Origin: Nitrososphaerota archaeon
GTDB lineage: Archaea > Thermoproteota > Nitrososphaeria > Conexivisphaerales > UBA164
DNA length: 64,000 bases
Direction of reading: 5' to 3'
NCBI GenBank assembly: GCA_023381255.1
Contig: JAMCTX010000003.1
Location: 392-64,391, forward strand
How positions within the stretch are numbered: the stretch's first letter is position 1; each line of letters opens with the position of its first letter. The notes below the pieces were generated by a model. That model did no database searches. It worked only from the letters and a program-made list of their open reading frames with translations, and was not told the origin of the DNA. Shown piece after piece: positions 8,776 through 17,543 of this stretch. The position numbers and the translations under genes are program-made.

Positions 8776-9357
8776 ATGACAAACGAGCCTTCTGGAGTTC
8801 TCTTAAAAGCATTTAAGAATCCAACGAAGCTGGCAATAATAGCGTTGCTAATGAAGAATGGGCAGATGACGGTAACACAGCTTTCAAAGTTAACAAACAC
8901 AACAAGGCCAAACCTTTACAGGTCAATTAAAGAACTGGTAAAAGACGGTGTAATTCTTAAGCCCCGCATAAAAGTCAAGAAAAATTACGTAGAAAAGTAC
9001 TATGAACTTAACCTGAAAATATTTGACAGCGTGAAAACAAGCCATATGATGAAAGCAATAGGCAGGGCACCCGCCTCTGACTTAAGGGAACTCATGATAT
9101 CATTTCTGTTTATGAATTCTCTTCTTTCAGGCGTTTTTGCTGAGCAAATAAAAATGGCTTCAGATGATGAAGTGGAAAGCTACAGGCAAAAAATACTCGA
9201 TGAATCAATACTGATGTCTTACTCGACGCTTTCTGTAAATGAGATAAAAACATTTTCAAAATATTTTGATCAATTTATAAACCAGCTGGAAAATAAGGAA
9301 AAAACCAATGAAAAAGAGGAGCATATGCTTGTAGTGCTTTCCCTTCCGCTTCACTGA
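8776..9357 (+). CDS. ArsR-like winged-helix transcriptional regulator with C-terminal extension
   Basis: N-terminal KLAIIALLMKNGQMTVTQLSKLTNTTRPNLYRSIKELVKDGVI is a typical ArsR/wHTH stretch. Divergent from the MFS gene. Confidence 0.6.
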   Translation: MTNEPSGVLLKAFKNPTKLAIIALLMKNGQMTVTQLSKLTNTTRPNLYRSIKELVKDGVILKPRIKVKKNYVEKYYELNLKIFDSVKTSHMMKAIGRAPASDLRELMISFLFMNSLLSGVFAEQIKMASDDEVESYRQKILDESILMSYSTLSVNEIKTFSKYFDQFINQLENKEKTNEKEEHMLVVLSLPLH

Positions 9358-10121
9358 GCCGTATAGCCGCCGTCAACGACAACCTCTGAGCCCGTCATAA
9401 ATGATGAATCGTCCGAAAGAAGAAATATTATTACGCTAGCTATTTCCTCGGGCTTCCCAAGCCTCCCCAACGGGTGCAGCTTTTTAAGTGCTTCATAAGT
9501 AGCTTCCCTGTTTCCGGTGCTTTCAGCAAAACCTGAGACCATGGGCGTATCTATGAAACCCGGATGAACAGAATTAACCCTGACATTGTATTTCGCATAA
9601 AATAGCGCGTCGGTCTTTGTCATCAACCTAACCGCACCCTTTGATGCGTGATAGGGCGGAGCATCCTGTGCCCCGACAAGCCCGTATATTGATGAAAGGT
9701 TAACTATACTTCCGCTTTGGTTCCTGATCATTGATGGTACGGCATACTTCGTGCACAAGAACACGCCGTTCACGTTTATACTTATTACTTTATTCCACTC
9801 TTCAAGTGTTATTTCATGAGTTTGCTTGCTTACCCCTGCAATGCCTGCATTATTGACAAGGCCATATATATCGCCAAGCTCTTTTTCTATTCTGCTGAAC
9901 GCTTCCTTTATTTGGGATTCATTTGAAACATCCAGTGAGTAAAATTCTGCCTTTCCGCCTGACCCTTTGACCTCGTCAACTGTTTTTCTACCCTCAACCT
10001 CATTTATGTCGCACACTGCAACAATCGCACCTTCCTTTGCAGCCGCCACCGCGGTTGCCTTGCCTATGCCCATGGCTGCGCCAGTTACTATGACGACCTT
10101 CCCGGCCAGTTTTCCGCTCAT
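9351..10121 (-). CDS. short-chain dehydrogenase/reductase (SDR)
   Basis: TGAAMGIGKA (TGxxxGxG), NNAG, YHASKGA (YxxxK). Confidence 0.85.
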   Translation of the reverse strand: MSGKLAGKVVIVTGAAMGIGKATAVAAAKEGAIVAVCDINEVEGRKTVDEVKGSGGKAEFYSLDVSNESQIKEAFSRIEKELGDIYGLVNNAGIAGVSKQTHEITLEEWNKVISINVNGVFLCTKYAVPSMIRNQSGSIVNLSSIYGLVGAQDAPPYHASKGAVRLMTKTDALFYAKYNVRVNSVHPGFIDTPMVSGFAESTGNREATYEALKKLHPLGRLGKPEEIASVIIFLLSDDSSFMTGSEVVVDGGYTAQ

Positions 10122-10172
10122 ACGGTTAATTGTGCAGAGCTATTACATACGCATTTCCTTAATTGTAATAAA

Positions 10173-11360
10173 TTACGAATTGAGCCTTTCACCAGAAGCT
10201 TCGAAAACTCCTCTTCCCTTGCCGGTTTCTGTTCCCCATTTTAGCCAGCTAAGTGCAGCAAATGAACCACAGATCCAGGTGCCAAAGGCTACATCCATAT
10301 ATACTCCAAATCCTAGCCTGGGCAACAAAAGCTCCATCGGGACCAGAGCGCCTATAGTTATTGAAGATACAAGTGCTGTATATGTTGCCCTTATGCTGGT
10401 TGGCCACAATTCGCCGTTAAGGGTGTTTACGGACATATACAGCACCGATATAAAGCCATTGTATAATATAAAAGGAACCAGAAGCGAGCTGATGTTATGA
10501 ACCCAAAGTGAGGAGGTAAGGTAAATAAAGGCAAAGGTTGCAGTTCCTCCAATTGATGCCATTGAGAGCACAATCCTCCTTGAAAACTTGTCAAGGAAAA
10601 TCGCAGATATGCCGACTGTTGCCTCTGTTGCGTTGCCTAAAAAAATGAGGAGAGAGGTATAATGCGGGAAAAAATACGGCCCCAATGCGCTTACCATCAG
10701 GTTGAACCCGACCACCTCAGCTAGGCTTATTACTATAACCACAGCCAGCCTGAACCTTATAGAAGGCCCCCTCATTGTAGACCCATGGTCCTTGACCGCC
10801 TTCCAGATCTTTGACTCTTTAACTGAAGGTCTGCTAGCCAGAACCGACATCAGCATCACGGTCATTATTAAAACTACAGATTCCCTTTGTATTAAAACCG
10901 GGCTGTTACCTATTATTAACAACAAAAGCGCGGCTATTGCACCGCCAACATTTATAAAATTTAGTTCAAGCAGCATTACAGTGCCTCTGAAAGGCGATTC
11001 AAAAATTTCATGCGTAGATGACATTATGGATGAATATTCACCACCGGCACCAATAATGAGAAATGCCAGCGCAACAAATATTGCATCAACGCTGCCAGAA
11101 CTAGCAAATATTATATCCCCTACCGTAAGGAAAGCGAGGTTAAAATAATAAGATTTCCTCCTGCCCATCACATCAGATACCCTTGCGCTGCTAAACGCGC
11201 CGATGGTCATCCAAAGTGGAGCCCACGCCACCATCAGCGTTAGGTAGTTTATGCCAAGCCTGAACCACTGTGTGACTAATGGTGATAGAGTAAATATAAA
11301 AGAAGTGAGCATCATGCCCATGCTGAAAGTCAAAAAATGGGTTCTGTTTTTTGCTCGCAT
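10173..11360 (-). CDS. MFS transporter
   Basis: Hydrophobic 395-aa product. Motif-A-like SDVMGRRKS. Confidence 0.65.
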   Translation of the reverse strand: MRAKNRTHFLTFSMGMMLTSFIFTLSPLVTQWFRLGINYLTLMVAWAPLWMTIGAFSSARVSDVMGRRKSYYFNLAFLTVGDIIFASSGSVDAIFVALAFLIIGAGGEYSSIMSSTHEIFESPFRGTVMLLELNFINVGGAIAALLLLIIGNSPVLIQRESVVLIMTVMLMSVLASRPSVKESKIWKAVKDHGSTMRGPSIRFRLAVVIVISLAEVVGFNLMVSALGPYFFPHYTSLLIFLGNATEATVGISAIFLDKFSRRIVLSMASIGGTATFAFIYLTSSLWVHNISSLLVPFILYNGFISVLYMSVNTLNGELWPTSIRATYTALVSSITIGALVPMELLLPRLGFGVYMDVAFGTWICGSFAALSWLKWGTETGKGRGVFEASGERLNS

Positions 11361-11428
11361 GCAAATTTTTAACCCAAGATGTATATAGCGTTATAGATAG
11401 TTATTGTGGTTATATCTGGCGTATGTAA

Positions 11429-11734
11429 TTAAAGTTGCCCTTCCAGTACGCGTTTAACCTTGTATTCCATGGTTTCATCCTTGTCCCTCCTGTCGTCTAT
11501 CCTGACAGTAGTAACAATCCTCTTAACGCCAGCTTTGTAAACTGCATCGTGCACCGCAGTTATTACACGGCCAAGCTCATCTGTATTTTCAAGTTCAATG
11601 CACGTCCCCATTGGGCAAACTTGAAATTTCACGCCCATATTTTTTATGGTCTTTACTGCTTCAACTATTATGTTTCCAGCTTCCGTAGATGATGTCCCAA
11701 TTGGATCTACAGCTATTTCAACTATTACTGTCAT
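11429..11734 (-). CDS. MTH1187/YkoF (UPF0045) family small protein
   Basis: 101 aa. Pattern IAVDPIGT...VCPMGTCIE...RIDDRRD is typical of this family. Confidence 0.65.
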   Translation of the reverse strand: MTVIVEIAVDPIGTSSTEAGNIIVEAVKTIKNMGVKFQVCPMGTCIELENTDELGRVITAVHDAVYKAGVKRIVTTVRIDDRRDKDETMEYKVKRVLEGQL

Positions 11735-11884
11735 AAATTTGCTTTTACTAGGCCGATATTTAAATCAGCTGATTAATATTTTTGCATTATAAAGAAAATC
11801 CAGAATGTGGAAGCCCGTTTGAATGAGGCATTAAAATGCATGTATAAGCTTATATATGAGAATTTGGATGTACATTCGAGGAAA

Positions 11885-12187
11885 ATGGATGATTTCGAAC
11901 CATTTGCGTATACAAATGAACTGATACCTGAAGAAATAAACAAAGAAACCGTAAAGATCTTGGTTAAGCTTGAAAAGAGAAAGTATAACAAGCCAACCAC
12001 CATTGTGCAGTTCAATGATACGCAGGGAATCAATATAGTGGACGTTGCTAAGAACCTGAAGAGAAAGTTAGCTTGTGGCGGTGCAGCAAAAGGCGACAGC
12101 GTGATCCTGCAGGGCGATCACAGGGATAAGGTTGTAAAGGACCTCATAGATTTGGGGTTCAAGCAGGAGAACGTAGTTGTGGAATGA
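11885..12187 (+). CDS. sui1: translation initiation factor aSUI1 / eIF1
   Basis: C-terminal KLACGGAAKGDSVILQGDHRDKVVKDLIDLGF is the SUI1 signature. The ORF opens at 11807, and the Met at 11885 gives the usual length of about 100 aa. Confidence 0.8.
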   Translation: MDDFEPFAYTNELIPEEINKETVKILVKLEKRKYNKPTTIVQFNDTQGINIVDVAKNLKRKLACGGAAKGDSVILQGDHRDKVVKDLIDLGFKQENVVVE

Positions 12188-12381
12188 AATTCAGCTGGAA
12201 ATCGCCGCTGGAAATTAAAAAACGGTTATGTCCTGTCTGCGGAGCTGAGCTCAAGCCCATAACCTCGCTAGGTGCTGCAACTACACCCCAGTACTTTTAT
12301 TGTGAAAGATGCGGTTATAAGGGCGTTGTGTATATAGAGTTGCATAATGGATCCAATGGAACTGATACGGAAAGCAGTTAA
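12184..12381 (+). CDS. small zinc-ribbon protein
   Basis: CPVCG...CERCG four-Cys ribbon. ATGA overlap with the SUI1 stop. Confidence 0.45.
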   Translation: MKFSWKSPLEIKKRLCPVCGAELKPITSLGAATTPQYFYCERCGYKGVVYIELHNGSNGTDTESS

Positions 12382-13015
12382 TGATGGGAAGATACCAGAA
12401 GAATACGAAAAAAAGGCAGAGCTTGGCGTATCAAAGGTCACAGATGCTATAGGCAAGGTTGAAAAATCGTCAGGAGCCAAGTATCCGGTATGGTTTGTAT
12501 CCCCATATGCTGTAGTTATGAAGGGAGGAAATCTGTATTCTGAAGCCATAGTATATTCCAGATTTATGCCGCTAAGCGATGGCACAAACCTCATACTAAC
12601 TGTCGAGTTGACCGCGCCACTTGTAGCTTTTGGCTCCAAGGATACAATTGCTTCAGCCGTGGCTCACGAATTCCTGCATTACCTTAATTTTTTAGCACTC
12701 TTGAGGGATAGGACCATTAGAAGTTCCAGCATAACTGACCAGGTAATAGAAGCGCTTGGCATTGACGAGGGCGAACTCTACACAGCCGATTTGGTCTATT
12801 CAAAAAGCAAATACCTAATCAGGGTTCTCGATGAAAAATTTAGGGACGGGCTTAACGACGATGCGCTTAACAAAAAATCCATTGTTAAATGGATAAATGC
12901 AGGCCTCCCCACCGTTATTATGTCACCTTCGGAAAATCAAGTAAAGCTGCCCATGGTTGCCATAATGAATTATATTCCAGAAGAAAGGGTCAGGCGCCTA
13001 TTAAAATGGACATAG
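12347..13015 (+). CDS. hypothetical protein with HExxH motif (possible metallopeptidase)
   Basis: AVAHEFLHY contains HExxH. Overlaps both neighbouring genes (35 nt and 10 nt). Confidence 0.4.
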   Translation: MDPMELIRKAVNDGKIPEEYEKKAELGVSKVTDAIGKVEKSSGAKYPVWFVSPYAVVMKGGNLYSEAIVYSRFMPLSDGTNLILTVELTAPLVAFGSKDTIASAVAHEFLHYLNFLALLRDRTIRSSSITDQVIEALGIDEGELYTADLVYSKSKYLIRVLDEKFRDGLNDDALNKKSIVKWINAGLPTVIMSPSENQVKLPMVAIMNYIPEERVRRLLKWT

Positions 13016-14586
13016 AGGCTACCCGCAAGGATATAAGCGGCATACTAGAAGGCGTAATACCGGAGGCAATTGCGCTTTACGGGAGTCAGGTGGCTGGATA
13101 TGCCAAGCCGGACAGTGATTATGATGTGCTTGCTCTGGTCAATGGCCTGAACGGCAAGCTCAGGTATATATATCAAAAGGGGCAAGCCGCCGAGTTTTCG
13201 GTTCTTCTTGTGGATGTCAACGAAGCATTAAAGGATGCCGACCAGGCATCAATGGGCGAATTTGTGGCAGGAAGGTTGCTTAACCCGTTCATTCCGATTT
13301 ATGGAGAAAATACTGTGAAAGACTTGGAGGTAAGGTACAAGGAAAGGGTGATCAGAGAAGAGTCCTCTGAGCTTTTTTCCCAGTACGGATACTTTACCTA
13401 TCATCTAAACATCCCTTTACACTACTTCCTATTCTCAAGGCTTAAAAAAAGATACAGAATTTACCCTCCGGCCCTTTACAGTTATGCAATGACCTATTCT
13501 GAAGAAAGGATGGGCAAAAATTTAGAGATGTCGATTCCAGGCTTCAGGCAAGCTGCTTCAAGAATTGATTATCTTGAGTTAAAGGGCGATGCAGTCAGGA
13601 TAAAGGATGGTTCTAAAATAAATGCGATGCCCCTTAGGGACGATTTTGAACTTTTTGAAAGGGCAGTCAAGCAGTACATATTTCACGGCATAAGCGGCAA
13701 GGTTGGACCAGATGTTGTAGTGTCAGAAGCGTTGTCAAAGATAAAGAGAAGGAGAACGATTAAAGCGGTGAACCCTTACCTGAAAAAACCTGAGCTTATG
13801 CTTGTGATTGAAGGTGTCCACCTGCTTTATAGTGGTTCACCTGAGCGCGAATTCTTTGGTTCAGGCGCACTCAGCAGCGGGATAAGGCAGTCAGTGGGGT
13901 TAAAGGTGGGCACCCTAAACGGTAAAAAATATGTCATAAAAAGGTTCACTGGCTCCAAGCACTTAAAGTGGTACTTTTTAGGCATGATCGGGCGCCCAAT
14001 AAAACCATTTGATGTTTCACCGCTCCAGAGGATGTACAATGAATATTGCGGAACCATGGAGCTTGAGCGGATGGGGTTCAGAGTCCCAAGAATAGAAGCA
14101 GTTTCCGTTAAAAGGCCTACAATAATAAAAGAATACGTTGAGGGAGAAACAGTGTTACATGGGATAAAGGCCTTTTTCAGGTCGGGGTCTGATGGCGAAA
14201 TAATAACCGGAACAGGGGAACTTTTGCGACGGCTGCATGATAGGGGGGTTGTGCTGGGTGATTCAAAGCCGGAGAACTTTTTGGTCAATAAAGAAGGCAT
14301 ACACCTGATAGACCTTGAGCAGAGCAAGATCAACGCCTCAGTACAGGACAAAGGGTGGGATGTTGCCGAATTCCTTTATTATTCGCTTTCATTTTCAGCA
14401 AAGAAGGAGATGGCAATCAGATTTTATGAACTTTTTTTCAAGGGTTATGGAAATGATAGAAGCGTGTTTCAGGAAGCTGTAGCTCAGAAATATTCCGTCC
14501 CGTTTCTGCTGATTACGAGGGCAGACATGCTCAGCTATTACAGGGATACACTGTTGAAATTCTTAAATGCCAAAGGAGAGCAGTAG
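13006..14586 (+). CDS. fusion protein: N-terminal nucleotidyltransferase-fold domain + C-terminal ePK/RIO-like protein kinase domain
   Basis: NTase motif LYGSQVAGYAKPDSDYDVLALV (GS...DxD). Kinase catalytic loop LGDSKPENFLV and IHLIDLEQS (DFG-like). The ORF opens at 12889, and the Met at 13006 is the likely start. Confidence 0.6.
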   Translation: MDIEATRKDISGILEGVIPEAIALYGSQVAGYAKPDSDYDVLALVNGLNGKLRYIYQKGQAAEFSVLLVDVNEALKDADQASMGEFVAGRLLNPFIPIYGENTVKDLEVRYKERVIREESSELFSQYGYFTYHLNIPLHYFLFSRLKKRYRIYPPALYSYAMTYSEERMGKNLEMSIPGFRQAASRIDYLELKGDAVRIKDGSKINAMPLRDDFELFERAVKQYIFHGISGKVGPDVVVSEALSKIKRRRTIKAVNPYLKKPELMLVIEGVHLLYSGSPEREFFGSGALSSGIRQSVGLKVGTLNGKKYVIKRFTGSKHLKWYFLGMIGRPIKPFDVSPLQRMYNEYCGTMELERMGFRVPRIEAVSVKRPTIIKEYVEGETVLHGIKAFFRSGSDGEIITGTGELLRRLHDRGVVLGDSKPENFLVNKEGIHLIDLEQSKINASVQDKGWDVAEFLYYSLSFSAKKEMAIRFYELFFKGYGNDRSVFQEAVAQKYSVPFLLITRADMLSYYRDTLLKFLNAKGEQ

Positions 14587-14646
14587 CTAAGCTTAAAAAT
14601 GAGCCTGATGATGGTAGTTTGCATGAGGCAGGTTTATAATCCTCTA

Positions 14647-14952
14647 ATGAAGCGCATAGAGATTGAATATCTATTTAATAATATGAACGGCAAGCTAAGC
14701 AGAAAGCAAGCAGTAGAACAGGTATCAAAGGAGCTTGGCAAGCCAGCCGACAGGGTTTTTCCCATAAAACTTGAGGGTAAATTTGGGTCAACGGATGTTA
14801 ATGGGTTGTTTTATGCCTATGATGACCTTTCAGTATCAAAGTTGCAGTTAAAGAAATACCATTTGTTGAGGCTGCTTCCAAAGGAAGAAAGGAAGAAAAT
14901 ACAAGAAGAGAAGAGGAAAAAGAAAAGCGAAAAGAAGGTTGAGCACAAATGA
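14647..14952 (+). CDS. rps24e: ribosomal protein S24e (eS24)
   Basis: About 101 aa, with the basic tail [15 protein letters not shown], in the conserved S24e-S27ae gene pair. Confidence 0.75.
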   Translation: MKRIEIEYLFNNMNGKLSRKQAVEQVSKELGKPADRVFPIKLEGKFGSTDVNGLFYAYDDLSVSKLQLKKYHLLRLLPKEERKKIQEEKRKKKSEKKVEHK

Positions 14953-15113
14953 GGGGTAAGCCCGTTCAGGTCTATAAGCTGTACAGTGTAGAGGGGAGCG
15001 TGGTCAAGAGATTAAGGAAACCATGCCCCAAGTGTGGCAACGGCACCTTTTTAGCACAGCACAAAAACAGGCTTACATGTGGCAAGTGCGGATATACAGA
15101 ATATCTTTCATAA
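14949..15113 (+). CDS. rps27ae: ribosomal protein S27ae (eS31)
   Basis: 54-aa ORF missing from the track (<60 aa): [12 protein letters not shown]...[31 protein letters not shown] overlap with S24e. Confidence 0.8.
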   Translation: MRGKPVQVYKLYSVEGSVVKRLRKPCPKCGNGTFLAQHKNRLTCGKCGYTEYLS

Positions 15114-15119
15114 CGCGCG

Positions 15120-15365
15120 TGCGAGCCACTTCTCAGCTGAAGACTTGGGGCTTTTTCCCATAACTGCCTATATCTGCTTTTAGTGATATAATCAATACAG
15201 GCTCGAAGTGGCAATCTCTTGGCATAGATTCGGAAAGCCCTATTTTCATCATGTCGAACTATGTTTATGGTAGCATTCAGGTCCCTGTTTGGGCGCACAC
15301 GTCACAATGGTATATCCGATCCGACAGTTTCAGGCAATACGGCAGAAATAAAATATAACCGTTAT
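15120..15365 (-). pseudogene. C-terminal remnant of an IS200/IS605-family TnpB gene plus right-end region
   Basis: The minus strand encodes ...LKLSDRIYHCDVC (15295-15327), then after a frameshift NRDLNATINI (15260-15289). This is the TnpB Zn-finger / DRDxNAAxNI terminus. No upstream RuvC part remains. Confidence 0.5.
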
Positions 15366-15432
15366 TGTTTAGTTTTGCAATATTTGAACGATTAACGATT
15401 AGCTTTTATACAAGATAGTGGCAGTTTACAGC

Positions 15433-16278
15433 ATGTCATCCAAAGAAATATCTGAAATATTTAAGGTTGGGCAGGAATTGCTTTCAAGGGGAGAACCCTT
15501 TGCAATAGTTTCCGTTACTGAATATAAGGGGCACAGTTCAAGGCATGAAGGCGCTATGATGCTAGTTAGGAAAGACGGCACAATAGCTGGAACTGTTGGC
15601 GGGTCTGTGCTTGAAAAATATTCAATAGAAAAGGCGCTTGAATACATGAAAAGCGGAAAAAACGGCATAATTTCCATTGAATCAACAAGTGAGCTGGGCA
15701 TGCTCTGCGGGGGGGCCGTTACCCTGTACATAAAGTCAATTCCAGTTCCCGATACACTGATAATATTTGGAGCAGGGCACGTAGCTTATCAGTTGAGCAA
15801 ACTCGCGTCTCAGGTAGGGTTCAGGATAATAGTCGTGGATGACAGGCCAGAATGGGCCAGCAGGGAGAGGTTCCCTGAAGCTTCGGAGATAGTTGTGGAA
15901 AAACCATCTGCCGCCGTCCAGAAGCTGCCCAGCGGAGATAACACCTATGTTACAATAATGAGTTATTCTGGCGACATAGAAAAGGAGGCACTTAAGTCGA
16001 TTCTTGATAAAGAATACAGGTACATAGGATTGATAGCAAGTCCTGTAAAGGCTATACAGTTTCTTGATTACCTTTCCGCATATTATAGCCTTGAAAAGTT
16101 ATCCAGGATAATATCACCTATGGGGCTTGATATAGGAGGCGGGGAAGAGCCTGTTGATGTTGCAATGAGCATCGTCGCCGAACTGCAGATGATAAGGCAT
16201 GGTGCTACCGGCAGGCAACTGAACAGGGTGCCCGAACTTATTGCAAAACTAAATACAAAGCAGCAACTTAAAGCCTAG
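15433..16278 (+). CDS. XdhC/CoxI family accessory protein
   Basis: FAIVSVTEYKGHSSRHEGAMMLV...GTVGGS in the N-domain. Rossmann-like LIIFGAGHVAYQLSKLA...VVDDRPEWA. Confidence 0.75.
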   Translation: MSSKEISEIFKVGQELLSRGEPFAIVSVTEYKGHSSRHEGAMMLVRKDGTIAGTVGGSVLEKYSIEKALEYMKSGKNGIISIESTSELGMLCGGAVTLYIKSIPVPDTLIIFGAGHVAYQLSKLASQVGFRIIVVDDRPEWASRERFPEASEIVVEKPSAAVQKLPSGDNTYVTIMSYSGDIEKEALKSILDKEYRYIGLIASPVKAIQFLDYLSAYYSLEKLSRIISPMGLDIGGGEEPVDVAMSIVAELQMIRHGATGRQLNRVPELIAKLNTKQQLKA

Positions 16279-17251
16279 AAATTTCATCAGCCGGTGGCTC
16301 AATAAATCTGGAAACTGACGGGCCGGATTTTAGAGTGAGGCCTACATTCCCACTTTTAAATTTACCAATTATTGAAGCCCTTTTTCTAAACTTATCCTTT
16401 ATAACTTCGGCCTTGTCACTGCTGGCACTTACAAGCAGAGCCCCGCTTGATAAGAGGGCCAGCGGGTTGAGCCCAAGTACGGAGCATATTTCTGATGTTT
16501 CCTTCCTGATTCTGATCATAGAAGGATCTGCTTCAATTTCCAGCCCAGATGCCAGCGCCATTTCCACCATGGCTCCAATAACTCCCCCTTCAGTTGGGTC
16601 ATGCATTGCGTCAGCACCAAGTTCGGCAGCTGTAAGAGCGTCATCAATTATACTTATTTTATCAATGAGCATGGTCGATTTTTCAACAGTTGCCATGCTA
16701 ACGCCATGCTTTACAAGTTGTTGCTCCCTGTCAAGGGCAAGCACAGCCGTCCCTTCAATTGCAGCTTCGTTAATCATTATCAGCACATTGCCAGGCTTTG
16801 ATGAAGATATGTCTACAGGTTTACCGCCCCTCTTTATTCCAATTTGTGTGATAGATATAATAGGCCTGTTTATCATACTGGTATATTCTGTATGCCCGCC
16901 AGCAATGGCTATGCCTAGCCTTCTTGAAGTTAAATCAACTTCAGAAGTGAGTTCGTCCAGTTCATTTTCGCTAAAATTGGTAGGCAAAAGGAAAGTAACT
17001 AGCGACCATGCGGGCCTTGCCCCCTTTACGGCTATATCATTTGAAGAAACTTGAACTGCAAGTTTGCCTGCAAATTTAACGGCGTCGGTTATTGGGTCGG
17101 TGTGAGTTATCAGGTAACCTGAATCGTCCAATTTTATGACCGCCGCATCTTCGCCTATTCCACTCCCCTTGACCAGGTATGGTGACATAGCACCAGTCCT
17201 AGAAAAAATGTACTTTTTTTGAAATTCTAATGGGAGTTTTACCACAGCCAA
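16268..17251 (-). CDS. AIR synthase-related protein (PurM/ThiL/HypE superfamily)
   Basis: GEDAAVIKL...THTDPIT N-domain and DPTEGGV C-domain motifs. Convergent with XdhC, 11-nt overlap. Confidence 0.7.
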   Translation of the reverse strand: MAVVKLPLEFQKKYIFSRTGAMSPYLVKGSGIGEDAAVIKLDDSGYLITHTDPITDAVKFAGKLAVQVSSNDIAVKGARPAWSLVTFLLPTNFSENELDELTSEVDLTSRRLGIAIAGGHTEYTSMINRPIISITQIGIKRGGKPVDISSSKPGNVLIMINEAAIEGTAVLALDREQQLVKHGVSMATVEKSTMLIDKISIIDDALTAAELGADAMHDPTEGGVIGAMVEMALASGLEIEADPSMIRIRKETSEICSVLGLNPLALLSSGALLVSASSDKAEVIKDKFRKRASIIGKFKSGNVGLTLKSGPSVSRFIEPPADEISRL

Positions 17252-17304
17252 GTTTTTGCCTTATTGATAATAAACCTTTGCGCAGAATCATCTGTCGAAT
17301 TGGA

Positions 17305-17334
17305 AAAGTATAAATTTATCAATTTAGGAGGTGA
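17305..17334 (+). promoter_or_regulatory. TATA-like element and Shine-Dalgarno (GGAGGTGA) upstream of the eL38-like ORF
   Basis: AAGTATAAATTT at 17307-17318. GGAGGTGA at 17327-17334 ends 3 nt before the ATG at 17338. Confidence 0.35.
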
Positions 17335-17337
17335 ACT

Positions 17338-17538
17338 ATGCCAAAGCAAATATTTGATGCGCAGACAATTTTAAGCATGCTTGACAAAGCAGAGAAGGTG
17401 GTAGTTGTCAAGAGGAAGGAGTCCGCAAAGTTAAAGTTAAGAGTGGGGAAATACCTTTATACATATGCAGCAGCTCCGGACGAAGTCGATAAGCTGGTAT
17501 CAAGTGTAAAGGATAAAAGCAGGGTAGTTAATTATTAA
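17338..17538 (+). CDS. rpl38e: ribosomal protein L38e (eL38)-like
   Basis: MPKQI...VVVKRKESAKLKLRVGKYLYTY...DEVDKLVSSV aligns by eye with eukaryotic eL38 (MPRKI...VKFKVRCSRYLYTL...EKAEKLKQSL). Confidence 0.6.
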   Translation: MPKQIFDAQTILSMLDKAEKVVVVKRKESAKLKLRVGKYLYTYAAAPDEVDKLVSSVKDKSRVVNY

Positions 17539-17543
17539 CGGAA

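Noticed and set aside
14972-15298. 108-aa minus-strand ORF
   Set aside because: Not a gene. Its N-terminus is the frameshifted TnpB remnant and the rest is antisense read-through of S27ae.
16335-17054. Long antisense ORFs inside well-supported genes (also 9967-10500, 10702-11148, 13827-14351, 18477-19010, 46225-46704, 48975-49658, 50993-51481, 53486-53893, 22557-23021)
   Set aside because: Each lies opposite or out of frame within a CDS that has clear family motifs. Products are Ser/Pro/Leu-rich with no motifs, which is typical of shadow ORFs.
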